The notes below the pieces were generated by a model that was given only the letters and a program-made list of their open reading frames with translations, made no database searches and was not told the DNA's origin. The translations under genes and the position numbers were made by a program. From Solirubrobacteraceae bacterium (GTDB lineage Bacteria; Actinomycetota; Thermoleophilia; Solirubrobacterales; Solirubrobacteraceae), in the NCBI GenBank assembly GCA_036782855.1, contig DAIPYF010000004.1, positions 1 through 32,875 on the forward strand: DNA of 32,875 bases. The letters are read 5' to 3'. This document shows positions 17,140 to 24,582 of the stretch, in pieces (the stretch's first letter is position 1; every line of letters begins with the position of its first letter).

Positions 17140-17613
17140 CTACCCGCCGGCGGCGAGCTCCTGCAGCGCCGCGAGCACCTGCTCGTCGTGCGTCGCGGGC
17201 TTGACCTTCGGGATCACGTGCCGCACGACCCCGTCGGCGTCGATGACGAACGTCGCGCGCACCGCGCCCCAGTACGTCTTGCCGTACATCGACTTCTCCG
17301 CCCAGACGCCGTAGGCCTCGCAGGCCTCGTGATCGGCGTCGGCGAGCAGGGTGAAGTTCAGCTCCTCGGCGTCGTGGAACCGCTTCACCTTCTTCACCGG
17401 GTCGGGGGAGACGCCGAGGACGACGGCGCTCGCGTCCTCGTACGCGGGAAGGTGGTCGCGCACGCCGCACGCCTGCGTGGTGCACCCCGGCGTCGAGGCG
17501 CGCGGGTAGAAGTAGAGGACGACGTTCCTGCCGCGCAGGTCCGAGAGCGTGACGGGCGCGCCGTCCTGATCGGGGAGCGTGATGTCGGGTGCGGCGTCGC
17601 CGGGCTCGAGCAT
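17140..17613 (-). CDS. bcp: Thioredoxin-dependent thiol peroxidase (Bcp/PrxQ peroxiredoxin)
   Basis: 157 aa. LEPGDAAPDITLPDQDGAPVTLSDLRGRNVVLYFYPRASTPGCTTQAC, with the peroxidatic and resolving Cys 5 residues apart. GAAAGGA lies upstream of the ATG. Confidence 0.9.
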   Translation of the reverse strand: MLEPGDAAPDITLPDQDGAPVTLSDLRGRNVVLYFYPRASTPGCTTQACGVRDHLPAYEDASAVVLGVSPDPVKKVKRFHDAEELNFTLLADADHEACEAYGVWAEKSMYGKTYWGAVRATFVIDADGVVRHVIPKVKPATHDEQVLAALQELAAGG

Positions 17614-17706
17614 GTGGGGGTCCTTTCGGGGCCGGTTCTGGAGGTCCGTCGACCATACGGGCGGGCCCGACGGGTTGGCCCATCCGGCGGCGAACGCTGA
17701 GCGGCC

Positions 17707-18558
17707 CTACTTCAGCAGTCGCGACAGCCGGCGGTCCTTCAGCACCCGTCCGCCGGTCTGGTCGGCCGGGCAGTAGCAGAGGACGTGGCTCACGTAGTGG
17801 ATCGCCTCGATCGTCGTGCCGCAGCGCGGGCACGGCTCGCCGGCGTGGCGGTGCACCTGCAGCGGCAGCGGCAGCTTGTCCGGGATCGGGAGCGTGACGA
17901 CCTGCTCGTAGTGCTCGATCGCTGCGCCCAGGCGACCGACGACGGCCTCCCGCAGCGCGGTCGCCTGCTCGTCGTCGAGGTCGCCCGCACGCTGGAACGG
18001 GGACAGGCGGGCCGTCCACAGGATCTCGTCGGCCCAGGAACGGCCGATGCCGGTGATCACGTGCTGGTCGCGCAGGACCGCCTGGAGCGGGCGCGCGCCC
18101 TCCGGTGCGAGCAGCTCGCGCAGCGGCGGCGGGTCCGGCCACGCCTCGGGGCCCAGGCTCGCGATCGCCGCGTCCTCCTCGACCGCCGCGGTCGGAAGGA
18201 GCTTCACCCACGCGGCCTGCCGGGTCCCGAACTCGCGCAGCCGCAGCTCGCGCCCGTCGGTCAGGCGCACGAGCAGCCGCGAGGTGCGATCCCGCGGACC
18301 GGCCTGCTTGTCGAAGAGCTGCAGGCGCCCTGCGGACATCAGATGCAGCAGCAGCGACAGGTCGCCGGTGACGTCGACGACGAGGTGCTTGCCGCGACGG
18401 CGCACCCCGGCGACCGCGCGTCCCGCGAGCGTGTCGAGCGGCGGGTCGAACGTCTTCAGCGCGTTGATCCCGGGCGCGAGCGCCGACGCGACCTCGGCGC
18501 CCCGCAGCGCCGCGTCGAGGCGGCGGGCCGTGATCTCGACCTCCGGCAGCTCGGGCAC
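17707..18558 (-). CDS. Fpg/Nei-family DNA glycosylase / AP lyase
   Basis: 283 aa. The canonical N-terminus MPELPEVE, RRGKHL, the H2TH region (LRDQHVITGIGRSWADEILWTARLSP) and a C-terminal Cys cluster CPRCG...CYCP are present. Confidence 0.88.
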   Translation of the reverse strand: MPELPEVEITARRLDAALRGAEVASALAPGINALKTFDPPLDTLAGRAVAGVRRRGKHLVVDVTGDLSLLLHLMSAGRLQLFDKQAGPRDRTSRLLVRLTDGRELRLREFGTRQAAWVKLLPTAAVEEDAAIASLGPEAWPDPPPLRELLAPEGARPLQAVLRDQHVITGIGRSWADEILWTARLSPFQRAGDLDDEQATALREAVVGRLGAAIEHYEQVVTLPIPDKLPLPLQVHRHAGEPCPRCGTTIEAIHYVSHVLCYCPADQTGGRVLKDRRLSRLLK

Positions 18559-18704
18559 GTGGCCGAGTGTGACAGCGGAGTCCCTATCCTGGGCGCCGCC
18601 GTCGTACGCCGTGACCGTCAGGGGGGAAACCTGGGCGGGCCGGCACTAGGGCATGTATGCCCGACTCCCGCACCCGCGGGATCCCCTTCCAAGGAAGGTC
18701 CCAG

Positions 18705-21497
18705 ATGTCGCTCTCCGCGTTCACCGATGCGCGGCGCCTCGGCGCCGTCCCCGCAGCGCTGCTGCTCGCGCTGCTGCTCGCGCTCCTCCTGGCGCCCGTC
18801 GCGCAGGCGGGCAGCTTCACCGTCCGCGCCTGCGATGCGACGAACACGAATCGCTCGTGGACGGCGGTCGGCGATACGAACCTGATCGCCTCGGACGCGT
18901 CGTGCCTGGCCGACGCCATACGCGGCATGAAGGTCCGCAACAGCCTGCGCGCCCCCGGTGGGGCTCCGGTGCTGGCGCCCCAGACCGTGCTCGGCGGGCT
19001 GCAGGTCACGGCGACGAACGGCACCGCCATCGTCGGCCTGCACGCCGATGCGACCGCGTACGACGAGATGGGCAGTTCGGGCGTGGAGGGCTGGCGGTCC
19101 GGGATCCGCGTCGACGCCAGGCACGACGTCTGGTGCGCCTTTCAGCAGGGGTGCTCGTGGATCGGTCCGCCGACGCGGCGGATCGACCTCGGGCTGAACG
19201 TCGGAAGCGTCCAGCTGATCGCGTTCTGCTGGCTGATGACGGGCTGCCAGCGCGACCGCGTGCGCGCGGCCGCCACGCTCAAGGACATCACGATCGACGT
19301 GCGCGACGACCTGCCGCCCGCGCTCACGGTGAAGCGCGGGGGCCTGTGGGGCGGCGGGGCGTGGCTGCACGGGAACGCGTCACTCGGGATCGACGGCGGG
19401 GACAACGCGGGCGTGCGCTTCCTGACGATGGAGGCGGGTGGACTGCACTTCGGCGGGCGCGAACTGCCGTGCGACTACTACACGATGCACCCCTGCCCGG
19501 GCGAGGCGTCCCTCGACGCCTCGATCGACACGAACCGCCTGCCCGACGGCCCGAACACCGTCGCCGCGCGCGTGACCGACGCGGGCGGCACCGCGGTCGA
19601 GCAGCGCTCGACCGTGTACGTGGACAACGGCGCGCCGACCGTCGGCACACCCGAGGCCCGCGGTGGCTCGGACTGGCGTGCCGCGAACGTCTTCGAGCTC
19701 GGGATCGACGCGCGCGACGTGGCCCGCGGGTCGGGCGTGCGCAGCGTGGCGTGGGAGGTGTGCCGGCTGGATGGCACGGGGTGCTTCTCCAGGAACGCCG
19801 CGGGCTCACCGTCGAGTCTCGCTGTCTCGGTCCCCGGTGGCGGTGAGTGGAAGGTCCGCGCCTGGGCCACCGACGCCCTCCGCGAGGGTCCCAAGAGCGG
19901 CTGGTCGGCGGCGCTCCGGTTCGACCCCGAGGCACCGGGCGCCGCACGTGTCGACGCCGGCGACCGGTGGACGAGCGCGGCCGACGCGGCGCGCGTGTCC
20001 GTCGATCTCCCCGGCATCGAGCCTCGCGGCCCCTCCGGCATCGCCGGCTACGCGGTCGCCCGCGGCGACGCGGACCCGGGGACGGCCGTCACCCACCGCG
20101 GCGAGCGCGCCGTCGTCGACCTCGGAGCGCTGCCCGAAGGCGTCACGAAGGTCCGCGCCCGCGCGATCAGCGGGGCCGGCGTCTCGTCCGGCCGCGTCGG
20201 CGAGGGGCTCGTGCGGATCGACCGCACCCCGCCCGGCGTCCGGCTGAGCACCGACGGCGCGCCGCTGATCGCCTCCGAGGGCGAGTGGCTGCGCCAGGGG
20301 GTGCGGCTCACCGCGCGCGCGACCGACCAGGCCCAGCTCTCGGGCATGGATCCCGCTCCCGAGGGCGAGCCGCTCACGCGCGGCGGCTACCTCGAGTACC
20401 AGGTGGACGACGCGCCGGCCGTCCGTGTGCGCGACGACCTCGTCACCGTCGACCTCCCCGACGACGGGCTGCACGTCGTGACCGTCCGGGCCGTCGACCG
20501 GGCCGGCAACGTCAGCGACCCGCAGCGCGCGACCTTTCGCGTCGATCGCGGCGCGCCGTCCGGGACCGTCGAGCGCATCGACCACCTCGCGCCGCGGCGG
20601 CTCCGCGCGACCGTCGCCGAGGAGTGCATCGACTCCGTGCTGCTCGAGCTCCGCGCCGAGGGCGGCCGGGAATGGAAGGGCTACCCGGCGCAGGCCGAGA
20701 AGCGCGCCGTCACCGGCGTCGTGCCCGACGACCGCCTGCCGGCCGGCGACTACGTGGCGCGCTTTCGCGTCCGCGACTGCGCCGGGAACGAGGGGTTCAT
20801 CTACTACGGCAGCGCGGTGTATCCCCTGGGCCTGCGCCTGCCGCTGCGCGACACGCTCGTGCTCGACGCCGGGATCACCGCCGGCCGCGCGCGCGGCGCC
20901 GCACGCGCCACCGTCCGCACCGGCACGCCCGTGCTCGTCCGCGGGCGCCTCACCACCGTCGACGGGCGCTTCGTGACCGGGCGGCGCGTCGAGTTCCAGG
21001 AGCGCATCGGCACCGGGGACTGGCGCCTGCGCGCAGCGCGCGTCACCGACGACACCGGACGCGCGTCCGCCACGCTGCGGCCCGGCCCGAGCCGGCGCAT
21101 CCGGCTCGTCGTCGCGGGCACCGAGCAGACCATCGGTGCGGCGAGCCGCACGCTGGCCGTGGCCGTCCCCGCGCGGGCGACGCTGCGCGCGAGCCGCCGG
21201 AGCCTGCGCAACGGGCAGGCCGTGCGCTTCACGGGCCGCATCCTCGGGGGGCACGTGCCCCGCAGCGGACGCGAGCTGGAGCTGCAGGGCTACAACCCGC
21301 TCAAGGGCCGCTGGCAGCCCGTTCGCACCCAGGGACTGCGCACGACCCGCACCGGCCGCTACGGCACCACGTACCGCTTCACCGCGACGGTCGGGGCGAC
21401 CGTCACGTACCGCTTCCGCGTGCGCGTCGCGCCGCGGCCGGACCACCCGTTCGCCGAGGGGTTCAGCCGCGCGGTCCGCGTGACCGTCCGCGGCTGA
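18705..21497 (+). CDS. Large secreted Cys-rich protein with Ig-like/beta-sandwich repeats, unknown function
   Basis: Track ORF 18657..21497 trimmed to ATG 18705, which is preceded by AAGGAAGG 7 nt upstream. Signal peptide LGAVPAALLLALLLALLLAPVAQA. There are 12 Cys, mostly in the N-terminal third. Repeated segments of the type ...VTVRAVDRAGNVSDPQRATFRVDRGAP... are typical of bacterial Ig-like domains. Confidence 0.8.
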   Translation: MSLSAFTDARRLGAVPAALLLALLLALLLAPVAQAGSFTVRACDATNTNRSWTAVGDTNLIASDASCLADAIRGMKVRNSLRAPGGAPVLAPQTVLGGLQVTATNGTAIVGLHADATAYDEMGSSGVEGWRSGIRVDARHDVWCAFQQGCSWIGPPTRRIDLGLNVGSVQLIAFCWLMTGCQRDRVRAAATLKDITIDVRDDLPPALTVKRGGLWGGGAWLHGNASLGIDGGDNAGVRFLTMEAGGLHFGGRELPCDYYTMHPCPGEASLDASIDTNRLPDGPNTVAARVTDAGGTAVEQRSTVYVDNGAPTVGTPEARGGSDWRAANVFELGIDARDVARGSGVRSVAWEVCRLDGTGCFSRNAAGSPSSLAVSVPGGGEWKVRAWATDALREGPKSGWSAALRFDPEAPGAARVDAGDRWTSAADAARVSVDLPGIEPRGPSGIAGYAVARGDADPGTAVTHRGERAVVDLGALPEGVTKVRARAISGAGVSSGRVGEGLVRIDRTPPGVRLSTDGAPLIASEGEWLRQGVRLTARATDQAQLSGMDPAPEGEPLTRGGYLEYQVDDAPAVRVRDDLVTVDLPDDGLHVVTVRAVDRAGNVSDPQRATFRVDRGAPSGTVERIDHLAPRRLRATVAEECIDSVLLELRAEGGREWKGYPAQAEKRAVTGVVPDDRLPAGDYVARFRVRDCAGNEGFIYYGSAVYPLGLRLPLRDTLVLDAGITAGRARGAARATVRTGTPVLVRGRLTTVDGRFVTGRRVEFQERIGTGDWRLRAARVTDDTGRASATLRPGPSRRIRLVVAGTEQTIGAASRTLAVAVPARATLRASRRSLRNGQAVRFTGRILGGHVPRSGRELELQGYNPLKGRWQPVRTQGLRTTRTGRYGTTYRFTATVGATVTYRFRVRVAPRPDHPFAEGFSRAVRVTVRG

Positions 21498-21511
21498 GGA
21501 GCCCCAGAACG

Positions 21512-21541
21512 CCGAGAGCCCGCCGGTGGGCGGGCTCTCGG
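21512..21541 (+). terminator. Strong hairpin terminator after the secreted-protein gene
   Basis: CCGAGAGCCCGCC-GGTG-GGCGGGCTCTCGG. This is a perfect 13-bp stem with a 4-nt loop, 15 nt after the TGA at 21495-21497, followed by GGCTCAGGTCTT. Confidence 0.7.
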
Positions 21542-21550
21542 GGCTCAGGT

Positions 21551-21717
21551 CTTGGGCGGTGTGGCGGCGCCTTGAGACTCATCACGCCGCCTTCGGCGGC
21601 GGCGCTGCCTTGGGCGGTGTGGCAGCGCCTTGAGACTCATCACGCCGCCTTCGGCGGCGGCGCTGCCATGGGCGGTGTGGCAGCGCCTTGAGACTCATCA
21701 CGCCGCCTTCGGCGGCG
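21551..21717. repeat. Three head-to-tail copies of a 58-bp hairpin-containing unit (non-coding minisatellite)
   Basis: Units lie at 21551-21608, 21609-21666 and 21667-~21717. Units 1 and 2 differ at one base. Unit 3 differs at positions 2 and 16 and then diverges in its last ~8 nt. The unit is cttgggcggtgtggc[g/a]gcgccttgagactcatcacgccgccttcggcggcggcgctgc. Confidence 0.9.
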
Positions 21718-21738
21718 TGTCCTGCCGGGGGGCCGTGG

Positions 21739-22620
21739 CTAGGCGGCCTCGCGCAGGGCCGCGACGCGGTTCTGGCGGGCGAGGCGGTTCAGCGCGCGCT
21801 CCTCGAGGCGCTGGGCCTCCGCGGTGCTCACGCCGAGCTTGCGACCGGTCTGGGCGACCGTGTGCGGCTGCTCGCCCTTGCGCCCGAAGCGCAGCTCGAT
21901 GACCTGACGTTCCTCGGCCGGCAGCTCCGCCAGCGCCTTGTCGAGCTGGTCGGCGACGTCGTCGCGGCCGACCTCCTCCTCGGGCGTGAGGGCGTTGCTG
22001 TCGAGCAGCTCGCCGAGTGATGCCGAATCGTCGTCGCCGACGCGCGCGTCGAGGCTTGCGGGACGCGAGTCCAGCTTGCGCAGGCGCTCGACCTCGTCCG
22101 GCTCGAAGCCGGTCTCGGCCGCGATCTCCTCAGCGGTCGGGTCGCGCTCGAGCTTCGCCGCCAGGTCGGCCGCGACGCGGTCCACCTTGCGGGTCTGCTG
22201 CGCCACGTTCGCGGGCAGGCGGACCGTGCGGGCCGTGTTGTCCAGGCCGCGCTGGATCGCCTGGCGGATCCACAGCGTCGCGTAGGTCGAGAAGCGGAAG
22301 CCCTTGCGCCAGTCGAACTTCTCCGCGGCGCGGATCAGGCCGATCATGCCCTCCTGGACCAGGTCGGACATGCCGAGCCCCAGTCCCTGGTAGCGGCGGG
22401 CGATCGAGACGACGAGGCGCAGGTTGGAGTTGATCAGCAGCTCCTTGGCCCGCAGGTCGCCGCGCTCGATGCGCTTGGCGAGTTCGAGCTCCTCCGCCGG
22501 CCGCAGCAGGCGGTACTGCGCCGCGCGGCGCAGGAGCTGGTCGACCGGGTCGGCGACCGTGGTGGGCTCGCGGATCTCGTCCGGAAGGTTCTTCGAAAGT
22601 GTCAGTGTGGTGAGTTCCAT
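21739..22620 (-). CDS. Sigma-70 family RNA polymerase sigma factor, principal-like (group 1/2-type regions 1.2-4.2, no region 1.1)
   Basis: 293 aa. Region 2 is [65 protein letters not shown]. Region 3 is [13 protein letters not shown]. Region 4 is [15 protein letters not shown]...[25 protein letters not shown]. Confidence 0.9.
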   Translation of the reverse strand: MELTTLTLSKNLPDEIREPTTVADPVDQLLRRAAQYRLLRPAEELELAKRIERGDLRAKELLINSNLRLVVSIARRYQGLGLGMSDLVQEGMIGLIRAAEKFDWRKGFRFSTYATLWIRQAIQRGLDNTARTVRLPANVAQQTRKVDRVAADLAAKLERDPTAEEIAAETGFEPDEVERLRKLDSRPASLDARVGDDDSASLGELLDSNALTPEEEVGRDDVADQLDKALAELPAEERQVIELRFGRKGEQPHTVAQTGRKLGVSTAEAQRLEERALNRLARQNRVAALREAA

Positions 22621-22641
22621 ATATCCGATCCTCGAAGTCGG

Positions 22642-22670
22642 ATTTTAGCGCAAAGTGGTTGCGGATGCAA
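22642..22670 (-). promoter_or_regulatory. Candidate sigma-70-type promoter for the sigma-factor gene
   Basis: The minus strand reads TTGCAT (22670-22665), a 17-nt spacer, then TAAAAT (22647-22642). This would give a ~15-20 nt leader containing GAGGA before the ATG at 22620. Confidence 0.55.
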
Positions 22671-23061
22671 CGTCCTGCTCCGATCCGCGACACCGGTCAC
22701 CCGTCGTTGACGGGCATCCGTGCCTTCCGGAGAGGGGTGCGACTGCGCAAGCCGCGAGCCCGCGCATACTTCCGTACGGTCGTAAAGCACACCTCAAGCC
22801 TGACGGCGCGCCCGGGCCACGTACGGATTCCTACACCGCGGGTTCGCGAATGATACGGCAATTCCTGCGATTCTGCAGGGCGGGGGACGGGCATGGCACC
22901 GGTGGAACGGCCGCGCGGGCGAAAAGGAGCGGTGAACGCGCCGGGATGGCGCGTCCGCGGGCGCCGGCTGCGGGAAATCCCCATCCCCGGCGGCGGCTCG
23001 CGGGAGTAGGCTCGCGGGCAGGAGAGGGGGCGCCTCCGGATGGGGCGCCACGACGAACGAC

Positions 23062-24579
23062 ATGCGACAGCTCACGAGCCTCGACGCCCAGTTCCTGGCG
23101 CTCGAGAACAACAGGACCCACGGCCACGTCGGCAGCCTGGCCGTCTATGACCCGGCGACGGCGCCCGGAGGCGTCGTCACGGTCGGCGACCTGCGGCGAA
23201 TGCTGCGCGAGCGCCTGCACCTGCTGACGCCGTTCCGGTGGCGGCTCGTCGAGGTGCCGTTCAGCCTCGACCACCCGTTCTGGGTCGAGGAGACCGAGGT
23301 CGACCTCGACTACCACGTGCGCGAGATCGCGCTGCCGGGCCCCGGCGACCTGCGTCAGCTGGCCGAGCAGAGCGCGCGCATCTTCGAGCGCCGCCTCGAC
23401 CGCAGTCGCCCGCTGTGGGAGATGTACCTCATCCACGGCGTGGACGGCGGATCGAAGGTCGGCCTGCTGTCGAAGGTCCACCACGCTGCGCTCGACGGCC
23501 TCTCCGGTGCGGAGATCCTCGTGACGCTCATGGACCTGGAGCCCCAGGGACGCGAGATCCCGCTGCCCGAGCCGGGGCGGGTCAAGGACACCGTGCCGAG
23601 CCGCTTCGAGCTGCTCGCCCGCGGCCTCACCGCCACGCCTCGCCACTCGGCCAAGGCGCTGCGCGCGCTGCCGACGACCCTCCCGAACCTCGACCTCGTC
23701 CCGACGCTGCGCAGCATGCCCGGCGTCAACGTCGTCTCGAGCGCCGCCCGCCGCGTCGCGGAGCTGCTGCCCGGCCAGCACGACGACCTCCTCGTCGAGC
23801 GGATGCTCGCCCCGAAGACGAGCCTCAACCGGCGGATCTCCGCCCACCGGCGCTGCGCGTTCACGACGGTTTCGCTGAGCGACGTCAAGCGGATCAAGAA
23901 CCACTTCGGCGTGACGGTCAACGACGTCGTCGTCGCGATCACCGCGGGCGCGCTGCGCGAGTGGCTGCTCGTGCACGACGAGCTGCCCACCGACCCGCTG
24001 CTCGCCATGGTCCCGGTCTCGGTGCGCCTGCCCGAGGAGTTCGGCACGTACGGCAACCGCGTGTCGATGATGACGGTGCCGATCCCCACCAACGAGCACG
24101 AGCCCGCCCGGCGGGTGCAGGCCGCGCACGAGGCGATGGACCACGCGAAGGCGCGGCACTCGACCACCCCACGCATGCTCCTGGAGGAGGCCAACGAGGG
24201 CATCCCGCCGTTGATGCTCGCCCGCACGGCGCAGACGCTGCTGAACGTCGCCGCCGCCGGGACACTGCACCCGCCGCTGAACGTCGTGATCTCGAACGTC
24301 CCGGGCTCGCCGGTCCCGCTCTACTTCTGCGGCGCCCGTCTGGAGGCCAACTACCCGCTGTCGGTGATCACCGACGGGATGGGGCTGAACCTCACGATCC
24401 TCAGCTACGAGGACCGCATCGACTTCGGGATCGTCGGGGACCGCGAGGAGGTCCCGGACGTGTGGTTCCTCGCCGAGGAGGTGCAGCACGCCTTCCAGGA
24501 GCTGCTCGACCTCGTGCCGCGCAAGGCGGCGCCGAAGAAGAAGGCCGCGCGCAAGCCCAAGGCCACGCGCGCGGCGTAG
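23062..24579 (+). CDS. Wax ester synthase / acyl-CoA:diacylglycerol acyltransferase (WS/DGAT)
   Basis: 505 aa. The N-terminus is LTSLDAQFLALENNRTHGHVGSLAVY. The catalytic HHxxxDG motif is KVHHAALDGLSG. The C-terminal half has NDVVVAITAGALREWL and VISNVPGSPVPLYFCGA. The tail is Lys-rich: PRKAAPKKKAARKPKATRAA. Confidence 0.9.
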   Translation: MRQLTSLDAQFLALENNRTHGHVGSLAVYDPATAPGGVVTVGDLRRMLRERLHLLTPFRWRLVEVPFSLDHPFWVEETEVDLDYHVREIALPGPGDLRQLAEQSARIFERRLDRSRPLWEMYLIHGVDGGSKVGLLSKVHHAALDGLSGAEILVTLMDLEPQGREIPLPEPGRVKDTVPSRFELLARGLTATPRHSAKALRALPTTLPNLDLVPTLRSMPGVNVVSSAARRVAELLPGQHDDLLVERMLAPKTSLNRRISAHRRCAFTTVSLSDVKRIKNHFGVTVNDVVVAITAGALREWLLVHDELPTDPLLAMVPVSVRLPEEFGTYGNRVSMMTVPIPTNEHEPARRVQAAHEAMDHAKARHSTTPRMLLEEANEGIPPLMLARTAQTLLNVAAAGTLHPPLNVVISNVPGSPVPLYFCGARLEANYPLSVITDGMGLNLTILSYEDRIDFGIVGDREEVPDVWFLAEEVQHAFQELLDLVPRKAAPKKKAARKPKATRAA

Positions 24580-24582
24580 GCG

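Noticed and set aside
21571-21600. Hammerhead-ribozyme-like core on the minus strand of each repeat (GUGAUGAG next to a hairpin)
   Set aside because: The conserved core is CUGAnGA plus GAAA flanking helix II. Here the first base is G, not C. No GAAA element is present in the unit, and no three-helix junction can be drawn.
21551-21717. The tandem repeats as a CRISPR array
   Set aside because: The units are directly adjacent with no spacers. There are only three copies, the unit is 58 bp, and no cas genes occur in the window.
21630-22020. ORFs 21630..21902+ and 21688..22020+ (MRLITPPSAA...) as small repeated-peptide genes
   Set aside because: The same peptide appears only because the 58-bp unit is read in successive frames (58 is not divisible by 3). 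Downstream the ORFs run antisense through the sigma-factor gene.
22841-22851. GGTTCGCGAAT resembling a tRNA T-loop (GGTTCGAAT) in the long intergenic region
   Set aside because: There is no complementary 5-bp T-stem around it, and no acceptor or anticodon stems in the flanking 80 nt on either strand.
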